35,065 nucleotides of DNA, taken from positions 1 through 35,065 of the forward strand of contig CAZKKM010000003.1 in the NCBI GenBank assembly GCA_964553435.1, read 5' to 3'. The translations under genes were made by a program, and so were the position numbers. A model generated the notes under the pieces. That model saw only the letters and a list, made by a program, of their open reading frames with translations. It searched no databases and had not been told where the DNA came from. Of the stretch, positions 15,946 through 23,223 are shown in pieces; position 1 is the first letter of the stretch, and each line of letters opens with the position of its first letter. The stretch comes from an uncultured Muribaculaceae bacterium (GTDB lineage: Bacteria > Bacillota_I > Bacilli_A > RF39 > UBA660).

Positions 15946-18033
15946 ATGGGGCTTTTTGACAAACGCAAAAAAAACAAAAACGATGATCGGCCCGAAGAAA
16001 AAGATGGTGCAATTCTTGCTACCGCAATGTCTTTTTGGCAATCACTCCCTGTTCTCGTTAAATTGAAAATAATAGGAGTGGTTGCGGCCGTTGCCGTCGT
16101 CATCATCTTGATGGTCGGTGTACTCGGTGCCATACCATCTCTTTTTTTAGATTATTCCGACGATGCTCAAAATACCAAAGATATACCCGATGAGTATCGC
16201 GAATATTGGGCCGAATTATGTGAAGATGAAGATGCCGGATGTACGGAAGAACAGATCGCCGCGGCCAAGAAACTGAAAGAATCCCAAACGGCATTTTATA
16301 CGAAGCTCGATTCCTTAGTCAAAAAAAACAACATCACGGCCGAACAAAAATACATCGTTTTGACGACAGTCTTCTATAATTATCAAATAGACGACTTCAC
16401 GGCCGGTGCCTTCGACATCGACGACAATGACGATATAAACTATGACTCTTCCAACAATGGAGAAAACGTCTACCAAAGAGAGAAAGATACCCTCAAGGAA
16501 TTGATAAAACAATTCAAAGTCAATACGGCCTTTTGTGAATATACGACCAAGAACGATGCCGGAGAAGATGTCAAAAAAACGGAAACTCTCCGAAGTCCTT
16601 CCGGCTCGACTTACTCGTTCAATTTTTTCGACAATGTCAAATTCACTTTTGGTATTCTGCCAGCTGCCGAAGGCTTTGCCGAAGCCAAGGAAGCATGCGA
16701 AGCTTTGACATCTGGACGCGTATATATGGAAGTATCTTCATCATCGGCTGCCTCGATAGACGGATACTATCGTTACCTAAAGGAGTCGGACTTCTTGGAC
16801 GATAGACCGATGAATGCGCCGGCATATTTAGAACACGCAAAAAAATACGGTTTAAGCGAAGACATTTCTTCGTGGCCCGAGGAAGAGAAGATTTTGGTAC
16901 GCGAAGCAATCATAAAAGATATCAAGTCGATCGTCGCAGCCCATACACCGACTCAAAACAAGAATATGACCTATTTGGCCGTCGGTCATGACACAGCTTA
17001 CTGGTGGCCGATAGGTTCGTCCGAAGTCATCGAATCGAACGGCAAATATTATGCTACGGGCACACCATATCCCAACGTCGTAACTTCAGAAGGTGGAGGT
17101 CGTATCGATCCGATTTCGGGAAAACCGGCGACTCACAGTGGTATGGATATTGCTCCGATAGGAGCTGCACCTGGAGTCGTACCGGTCATTGCCGCCAAAT
17201 CGGGTACGGTCGTCTTTCCGGATGCTTCGACTTCCGTCGGATACGGAAACGGCACGGGAATAGGTGGTTCGACTTACGGAAATTATATTCGCATTCAACA
17301 TACCGATGGTAACTATACACTCTATGCCCATCTGCATGCGAACAGCATACTCGTCCGTACGGGTGATAGTGTCGAGCAAGGACAAGTCATTGCCTACGTC
17401 GGAAACTCCGGTCGGTCGACTGGAACCCACTTGCACTTCGAAGTCCGCGAAGGGCAAGACAGTTACTACAGTGTCACCGACCCTCGCAAATACATATCCG
17501 AAGAAAACCCTCGTCCACAATCATCCGTATCCCAAGACTTCGTAGCTTGGTTCGATGCCAACTTCGAAGGCTCGACTGGAACGGATTCCACCGGAACAAA
17601 ATACTTGGTCAAAGACGTCGGCGATGGAGTTAGAACTGTCGGTCCGGGTGTCACTTTGGATGCTCAAAGAAATAAATTCCTAGAACGTGGAATAAATGTC
17701 GACGAATATCCGAACGGCACTTATATAGATATCGAGATTGTCGATTCTATCAAAAGTCAAATTCTCGAAGAAGCTGCCAGCTCGATCGAAACTACCATTT
17801 CCAATGCAGGATTGACCCTCGAAAAAGAAAAGATCGAAGCGCTCGTCGTATTCAAATACAACGTCGGAAATATAAGCGGCTTTACCGAAGCTTACAAAAA
17901 ATACGGCGACACTCAGGCTCTTTACGATAATTACTTCGGTCAATACGTTCACGTCAAAGGCGAAGTTTGGCCGGGACTTGTAAAACGCAGACAAAAAGAG
18001 TGGGAGTTATTCCACAATCATGTCTATGTCTAG
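15946..18033 (+). CDS. membrane-anchored bifunctional cell-wall hydrolase: M23 metallopeptidase plus GH24 (phage/T4-type) lysozyme domain (VirB1 functional analog)
   Basis: The N-terminal TM is LVKLKIIGVVAAVAVVIILMVGVLGAI. M23 motifs are HSGMDIA (~17134), NYIRIQH...YAHL and GNSGRSTGTHLHFEV (~17400-17448). The C-terminus 'FEGSTG...YLVKDVGDGVRTVGPGVTL...FKYNVG...VKRRQKEWELF' fits the GH24 lysozyme pattern. Confidence 0.8.
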   Translation: MGLFDKRKKNKNDDRPEEKDGAILATAMSFWQSLPVLVKLKIIGVVAAVAVVIILMVGVLGAIPSLFLDYSDDAQNTKDIPDEYREYWAELCEDEDAGCTEEQIAAAKKLKESQTAFYTKLDSLVKKNNITAEQKYIVLTTVFYNYQIDDFTAGAFDIDDNDDINYDSSNNGENVYQREKDTLKELIKQFKVNTAFCEYTTKNDAGEDVKKTETLRSPSGSTYSFNFFDNVKFTFGILPAAEGFAEAKEACEALTSGRVYMEVSSSSAASIDGYYRYLKESDFLDDRPMNAPAYLEHAKKYGLSEDISSWPEEEKILVREAIIKDIKSIVAAHTPTQNKNMTYLAVGHDTAYWWPIGSSEVIESNGKYYATGTPYPNVVTSEGGGRIDPISGKPATHSGMDIAPIGAAPGVVPVIAAKSGTVVFPDASTSVGYGNGTGIGGSTYGNYIRIQHTDGNYTLYAHLHANSILVRTGDSVEQGQVIAYVGNSGRSTGTHLHFEVREGQDSYYSVTDPRKYISEENPRPQSSVSQDFVAWFDANFEGSTGTDSTGTKYLVKDVGDGVRTVGPGVTLDAQRNKFLERGINVDEYPNGTYIDIEIVDSIKSQILEEAASSIETTISNAGLTLEKEKIEALVVFKYNVGNISGFTEAYKKYGDTQALYDNYFGQYVHVKGEVWPGLVKRRQKEWELFHNHVYV

Positions 18034-18051
18034 TAAAAAGGAGGTCTTCCG

Positions 18052-18573
18052 ATGGAAGAAGAAAAAGCTCGCAAGAGAAAAAACATCATCACGATTTTGA
18101 CCATAACAACCGTCGCACTATACGTTGCCATCTTCTTCATGCTCGAAGAAAGAGAAGCAAAGTCCGCCAAAGAACAGGCCGCGATCGTCACAAACTATAG
18201 TGAATTTTATACGGTGAGTGCCTGTGCCAACAAATACATAAGTTTGCTCGGTTCTCGCGATGCCGATTCGCTTTTAAAAGTTTTATCGGAAAGTTACAAG
18301 AGGAAAAACTTCATTACATCATCGAACGTATCCGACAATTTGCCGATTGTCGCAGGTGGTACGACCTTTTTGGCCGATCGCATGTATTATGAAAAACAAT
18401 CCGACGACATCTTCAAATACTACATATCCGGTTTCTTGGAAACAGGCGGTCTCGACATGAACGAACAAAACCGCATACGTTCATATCTCATCGTCTATTT
18501 GGACAAAAAGAATAATGTATTTTCCATCGAGCCTTACGATGGCCGAGAATATACCGAGGGGGTCTTCGAATGA
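18052..18573 (+). CDS. bitopic membrane protein, possible VirB8/TcpC/PrgL-like (NTF2-like) T4SS component
   Basis: 173 aa with one N-terminal TM (IITILTITTVALYVAIFFML) and a ~130-aa ectodomain. It sits between the hydrolase and T4CP genes. The functional call is inference from size, topology and synteny only. Confidence 0.45.
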   Translation: MEEEKARKRKNIITILTITTVALYVAIFFMLEEREAKSAKEQAAIVTNYSEFYTVSACANKYISLLGSRDADSLLKVLSESYKRKNFITSSNVSDNLPIVAGGTTFLADRMYYEKQSDDIFKYYISGFLETGGLDMNEQNRIRSYLIVYLDKKNNVFSIEPYDGREYTEGVFE

Positions 18574-19034
18574 ACAAAAAATATAATGTGATTACCGGCA
18601 TCATCATCGCACTTCTCATTATAGGCTCTATTGCCGGCATCATCATCTTCTTCATGTTCGACACCCAGCCCAAAGATTTCGAATATTTGAAAAATTACGA
18701 CATAAACGAGTACATGCCAGTCTACATCTCGGAAGAGAAGATGGCTACCATGTACTATAACGAATTTCAGTATTACCTAAACCACGACCTGAAGGGTGCA
18801 TACGAACTTCTGAACCCCGATTATAAAAAGAAACGTTTCCCATCGCTCATGACCTTCCAAGCTTATATACTTCCTTTTTATAATGCCGCTTTGGACTCTT
18901 ACAGCATCGTCGCCAAAAACGATAAAAAAATCTTTTATTTGAAGATGAGCGACGGCAATGAAGTCATATTTGCCACTTCCGGTGTCATGAAATACGAGAT
19001 CTATTTCGACGATACGACGATTTCTATAGAATAA
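18570..19034 (+). CDS. bitopic membrane protein, possible second VirB8-like component
   Basis: 154 aa with one TM (VITGIIIALLIIGSIAGIIIFFMF). It overlaps the previous gene by 4 nt (ATGA). It has the same architecture as 18052-18573. Confidence 0.45.
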   Translation: MNKKYNVITGIIIALLIIGSIAGIIIFFMFDTQPKDFEYLKNYDINEYMPVYISEEKMATMYYNEFQYYLNHDLKGAYELLNPDYKKKRFPSLMTFQAYILPFYNAALDSYSIVAKNDKKIFYLKMSDGNEVIFATSGVMKYEIYFDDTTISIE

Positions 19035-19090
19035 CATAGCATTTTCGAAAAAAATAGTATATAATAGGACAAAGAAAAGGGAATGATTAG

Positions 19091-21355
19091 ATGAAATTGA
19101 AAGTTAGAGTTAAGCAAAAAGATTTTATCATGTTTATAGGCATATGTATAGCCCTGTTTATCGGATGTGCTATTCTAGCCATAAACTTTATATCCTTTGG
19201 AACTGACGGTTCATTGGTCGGTTTCAATTTATTCGCCCATTTTGACGGACAAGCATTGGGCCTTACATTGCTTCTATTCGTCGTCTCACTCGTCGTCATA
19301 TTCATGAGCGTCTCATCGACCATATTCGACTTCGAAAAAGGTGGTATAGGTCTCATTTTGGGAGAAAAAGAAGAGAAGGGCTACAACCGTTGGACGACAG
19401 AAAAGGAGATGAAAGGAGCCTTCGGTATCAAAAAAGTACAAGTCAATTTGCCGACTTCTGATGCCGGAGGAATCGTCATGATAAACGACGGCAAGAACAT
19501 GTGGGTCGACGACGGAGAATACCATACTCTCATTATCGGTCAATCGGGCTCAGGCAAGACGACCGCACTCGTCGATCCCCAAGTATACAGTCTTTGTAAG
19601 CATGGCGAATCGATGGTCATCACCGACCCTAAAGGTGAAATCTACAAAAGACATGCCAACCGTCTGAAAGACAAAGGTTACAAACTGGTCGTCATCAACT
19701 TCCGCGATCCCCGTGAGGGAAATGCTTGGAATCCGCTCACGATTCCCTATAGAATGTACAAACAAGGTAAGACAGACAAAGCCAAGGAGTTACTAGAAGA
19801 TATTTCTCAAAACATCTTGATAGACCCTAAGAACACGAACGATCCCTTTTGGGAAAGAAGTGCTGCCGACTATTTTTCTGGTCTTGCACTCGGTCTATTC
19901 GAAGATGCGAAAGAAAACGAAGTAAACATCACTTCGATAAGCAACATGGCCACCGCCGGTGAAGAAAAAAACGGTCTCAATACATTTGCTAAAGACTATT
20001 TTACTTTGAAAGGCGAATCGACCGCACCTTATGAATATGCCAAAGCGACAATTGCCGCTCCGAACGACACAAAATCGAGTATTCTTTCCGTCTTTCAAAG
20101 TAAAATTAGAACATTCTCGACACGTGAAGAACTTTCGGAAATGCTTTCTTATAGTGACTTCAACATGGAAGACATCGGAAAAGAAAAAACCGCAGTTTTC
20201 TTGATAGTCCACGACGAAAAGACGACTTATCATTCGCTTGCGACCATTTTCATCAAACAATTGTACGAAGTTCTCATCGACGTCGCTCACAAAAATCCCG
20301 ACGGAGCTCTCAAATATAGAACTAATTTCATTCTCGATGAGTTTGCAAACATGCCTCAGCTTAGAGATGTCACCTCGATGGTCACAGCCGCTCGTTCTCG
20401 TCGCATAAGATTTACCTTTATCATCCAGAACTTTGCTCAATTGGACGAAGTTTATGGAGACAAAAATGCCGAAACGATAAGAAGTAACTGCGGCAACACG
20501 GTCTATCTTTTGACGAACGAACTATCCGCTTTGGAAGAGATAAGCAAACTATGCGGAGAAGTAAAATCTAAAAAAGACGATAAGACTGTCTCTACACCGC
20601 TCGTCACTGTGACCGATTTGCAGAAGATGAAACGCAACGAAATAATCGTCATCCGCATGCGCATGAGACCGTTCAGAACCGTGCTCAAAGGATCGTATGA
20701 TATAGATTGGGGAGACAATTATCCTGAAGCAAGTATTCCGGAACGCGATACCTATCCTGTCAAGGTTTTCGACATGAAGGGATACGTCAAGGAAGAAAAA
20801 CGCAAGAAGACGATGGACGCGATAAACAAAGCTCAAGAAGCCACTTCGAATTCACCATTGGGTACACTAGGCAATCCAACCGCTCCAGCAGGAGTTGGAA
20901 ATCATCTAGCCCGTGGATTCGATGACATTCCACCTAGACCATTGAATGCGGCAAGCCCCATGACGAAAGATCCATTCGACTTGGACAAGCCGGTCGATAT
21001 CGACGAACTCGTCAAAAACATCGATGCACAAATAGCCGAACTCGAACGCGAACAAAGAGAAGAGGAGCAAAAACGACGCGAAATGGAAAAGAAGACGTCT
21101 GTCGCTCCGACGATCGAAAATACTTTTCTCAAACCTGTTCGAGAAACGAAGACCACGGATGCTATTCCGCCTCGTCCGATGCGCACGATTCCAAAACCTA
21201 CTATCGAATCGATTTCTAAACCTGCGCCTCCCCAGAATGAGCCATCGATGAAAAATGACAGTCAGATAAACGTCGACAACTCGAGTGTCGTCCTCAGCAA
21301 CGGAGTAGTCACCGACGATCAATTCTTCGACGACTTTTTCGGCGACGACGATTAA
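19091..21355 (+). CDS. VirD4/TraG-family type IV coupling protein (T4CP)
   Basis: It has two N-terminal TM segments. Walker A is IIGQSGSGKTT, and 'NFILDEFANMPQL' and 'RSRRIRFTFIIQNFAQL' are classic TraG/VirD4 motifs. A low-complexity Pro/Glu/Lys tail of ~180 aa ends in DDQFFDDFFGDDD. Confidence 0.85.
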   Translation: MKLKVRVKQKDFIMFIGICIALFIGCAILAINFISFGTDGSLVGFNLFAHFDGQALGLTLLLFVVSLVVIFMSVSSTIFDFEKGGIGLILGEKEEKGYNRWTTEKEMKGAFGIKKVQVNLPTSDAGGIVMINDGKNMWVDDGEYHTLIIGQSGSGKTTALVDPQVYSLCKHGESMVITDPKGEIYKRHANRLKDKGYKLVVINFRDPREGNAWNPLTIPYRMYKQGKTDKAKELLEDISQNILIDPKNTNDPFWERSAADYFSGLALGLFEDAKENEVNITSISNMATAGEEKNGLNTFAKDYFTLKGESTAPYEYAKATIAAPNDTKSSILSVFQSKIRTFSTREELSEMLSYSDFNMEDIGKEKTAVFLIVHDEKTTYHSLATIFIKQLYEVLIDVAHKNPDGALKYRTNFILDEFANMPQLRDVTSMVTAARSRRIRFTFIIQNFAQLDEVYGDKNAETIRSNCGNTVYLLTNELSALEEISKLCGEVKSKKDDKTVSTPLVTVTDLQKMKRNEIIVIRMRMRPFRTVLKGSYDIDWGDNYPEASIPERDTYPVKVFDMKGYVKEEKRKKTMDAINKAQEATSNSPLGTLGNPTAPAGVGNHLARGFDDIPPRPLNAASPMTKDPFDLDKPVDIDELVKNIDAQIAELEREQREEEQKRREMEKKTSVAPTIENTFLKPVRETKTTDAIPPRPMRTIPKPTIESISKPAPPQNEPSMKNDSQINVDNSSVVLSNGVVTDDQFFDDFFGDDD

Positions 21356-21361
21356 AATTTG

Positions 21362-21385
21362 ATCCACACTATGTGGATTTTTATT
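21362..21385 (+). terminator. rho-independent terminator ending the T4SS operon
   Basis: The stem pairs atccaca (21362-21368) with tgtggat (21372-21378), the loop is 3 nt, and TTTTaTTT follows. Confidence 0.6.
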
Positions 21386-21437
21386 TATCGATTTGAAAGT
21401 GAAAAGACGCATATATCGATAATTGCACAAAATGCAT

Positions 21438-21466
21438 TTGTATTTTATTTAAAATTATGGTATAAT
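21438..21466 (+). promoter_or_regulatory. promoter of the rimP-nusA-infB operon
   Basis: TTGTAT (21438-21443), a 17-nt spacer, then the extended -10 TGgTATAAT (21458-21466). The track's ATG at 21465 lies inside the -10 box. Confidence 0.55.
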
Positions 21467-21486
21467 GAAGTCATTAAGCGGAAAGG

Positions 21487-21514
21487 AAGTGGGGATTGAC
21501 AACCCACTTTTATT
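21487..21514 (+). promoter_or_regulatory. leader hairpin plus U-tract (possible attenuator) upstream of rimP
   Basis: The stem pairs aagtggg (21487-21493) with cccactt (21503-21509), the loop is 9 nt, and TTaTT follows. It lies between the predicted TSS and the rimP RBS (GGAGG, 21523-21527). Confidence 0.35.
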
Positions 21515-21530
21515 GATGATTGGAGGAATT

Positions 21531-21785
21531 ATGAACGAAAAACTTGATAAAATTAGAAATGCCATCACAAAACCGATGGAAAAGATGAACATAATCGTAG
21601 ACGAAATAACATATGTGACAGAAAACGGCTACAACTTTTTGAAGATTACTTTAGATAAAGTGAATGGACTCGATATGGATACGATAGTCGAAGCCACGAA
21701 CGTCATCAACCCCATCGTCGACGAACTAGATTTGATAGAAAAAGAATACATACTGGATATATCCAGCAAAGAAAGAGGTAATTGA
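21531..21785 (+). CDS. rimP: ribosome maturation factor RimP, unusually short (N-terminal domain only)
   Basis: GGAGG lies 4 nt upstream of ATG 21531. The gene sits immediately 5' of nusA. 'YNFLKITLDK..GLDMDTIVEATNVINPIVDELDLIEKEYILDISS' matches the RimP N-domain up to the conserved (L/I)(E/D)(V/I)SS motif. The ORF then stops, giving 84 aa against a usual ~150. Confidence 0.65.
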   Translation: MNEKLDKIRNAITKPMEKMNIIVDEITYVTENGYNFLKITLDKVNGLDMDTIVEATNVINPIVDELDLIEKEYILDISSKERGN

Positions 21786-21786
21786 T

Positions 21787-22947
21787 ATGGAAAAGAAAAC
21801 AAAAGAAACAGAAGAACAAAAGGCCAAGAAAAAAGCAGCACGCGACTTTATCAGAAATGTTCACTTGGTCGCCGAAGAAAAAGGTATCGATGAACAGATA
21901 ATATTCGATGCTATGGAACAAGCTCTCATCACAGCTTATAAGAGAAACTACAATGCCAAGACGAATGTCAAACCTAAAATAGATAGAAAAACCGGAGAAA
22001 TCGGCATATTTACGTATTATGTCGTCGTCGAAGATTACGAAGATCCGGAAGTCACTATCGACGAAGAAGGAAACGAGATTGTCAAAGAACCTGAGGTTCC
22101 TGTCGATGCTCAGATTCTCTTAGAAGATGCCCGCAAAAAAGTGCCAGATATATGTGTCGGAGAAACTATCGAAGAAGAAGTCACTCCAGATGACTTCGGT
22201 CGCGTCGCAGTTCAAACAGCTAAACAAGTTCTCATTCAAAAGATTAGAACTGCCGAAAGAGAAAGCATCATGGCCGACTTCGATGGCAAAGAGGGCGAAA
22301 TGATGATGGGAATGCTCGCCATGACAGATGAAAAAAATTATTATATCGATCTTGGTCGTGCTCGTGGAATACTTCCAAAAACCGAAATGATTCCTAACGA
22401 AACGTTCGAAATGGGAACTAACATTCGTGTTTACCTTCAAAAAGTCGAAGCGACACCGAAAGGCCCTCTTATCCTTTGTTCACGTAGACATTACAATTTC
22501 GTACGGAGATTATTTGAAAGCGAAATTCCAGAACTTATCGATGGAACGGTCCTTCTCTACGGAGTTGCACGCGAAGCCGGCATCAGAAGCAAAGTTGCCG
22601 TCTACTCCACAGACGAACGTGTAGATCCGATTGGAGCATGCATCGGTGAACACGGAGTCCGCCTTGCAGGCATCCTAAAAGAACTTAATGGTGAGAAAAT
22701 CGATCTCGTACTCTATTCCGAAGATCCTGCCGAATTTATTGCCAATGCTTTGAGTCCTGCGAAAAACGTCTATGTTTCCATAAATACCGAATCAGAAAAG
22801 AACGAGGCATTCGTCACTGTTTCCGACGACGATTTGTCTCTCGCTATCGGTAAAAAAGGATCCAACATCAAATTGGCTAGCAAGCTCACCAAATACCATC
22901 TGACGATCAAATCGATGAGTCAAGTCAATGAAGAAGGAAACAGATGA
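21787..22947 (+). CDS. nusA: transcription termination/antitermination factor NusA
   Basis: The N-terminus reads '...EEKGIDEQIIFDAMEQALITAYKR'. The S1 and KH regions are recognisable ('IGACIGEHGVRLAGILKELNGEKIDLV', 'LAIGKKGSNIKLASKLT'). The operon context is conserved. Confidence 0.95.
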   Translation: MEKKTKETEEQKAKKKAARDFIRNVHLVAEEKGIDEQIIFDAMEQALITAYKRNYNAKTNVKPKIDRKTGEIGIFTYYVVVEDYEDPEVTIDEEGNEIVKEPEVPVDAQILLEDARKKVPDICVGETIEEEVTPDDFGRVAVQTAKQVLIQKIRTAERESIMADFDGKEGEMMMGMLAMTDEKNYYIDLGRARGILPKTEMIPNETFEMGTNIRVYLQKVEATPKGPLILCSRRHYNFVRRLFESEIPELIDGTVLLYGVAREAGIRSKVAVYSTDERVDPIGACIGEHGVRLAGILKELNGEKIDLVLYSEDPAEFIANALSPAKNVYVSINTESEKNEAFVTVSDDDLSLAIGKKGSNIKLASKLTKYHLTIKSMSQVNEEGNR

Positions 22948-23204
22948 TGAAAGAACGAAAAGTTCCCATGCGCTCCTGCGTAGTGACCAAAGAAAAGCTT
23001 CCTAAAAAAGAACTGCTTCGCATTGTCAAATTCGAAAGCCGCGTATCGGTCGATCCGAGTGGAAAACAAAACGGCAAAGGTTGCTATATCAAAAAGGATA
23101 GAGAAGTATTGGAAACAGCCAAAAAAACCAAAATTTTGAATAGGGTATTGGAAACGGAAATACCGAATGAAATATACGAAGAAATAGAAAAAATTATAGA
23201 TTAG
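22944..23204 (+). CDS. ylxR: YlxR/RnpM family (DUF448) RNA-binding protein
   Basis: 'PMRSCVVTKEKLPKKELLRIV...DPSGKQNGKGCYI' is the DUF448 signature. It has an ATGA overlap with nusA and the canonical position between nusA and infB. Confidence 0.85.
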   Translation: MMKERKVPMRSCVVTKEKLPKKELLRIVKFESRVSVDPSGKQNGKGCYIKKDREVLETAKKTKILNRVLETEIPNEIYEEIEKIID

Positions 23205-23223
23205 AAAGGTAAGGTGACCATTT

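Noticed and set aside
749-21430. Numerous 60-185-aa minus-strand ORFs across the island (for example 5061-5618, 12459-12935, 17086-17520, 19895-20440, 20906-21430)
   Set aside because: All are nested inside longer + strand genes with recognisable motifs. None has an independent start context or a recognisable domain.
21361-21460. Search for att-like direct repeats or the island's right boundary between the T4CP gene and rimP (8-bp inverted repeat ttatcgat/atcgataa; shared heptamer atcgata with 575-590)
   Set aside because: The matches are too short to be meaningful by eye. The left end of any element probably lies outside the window.
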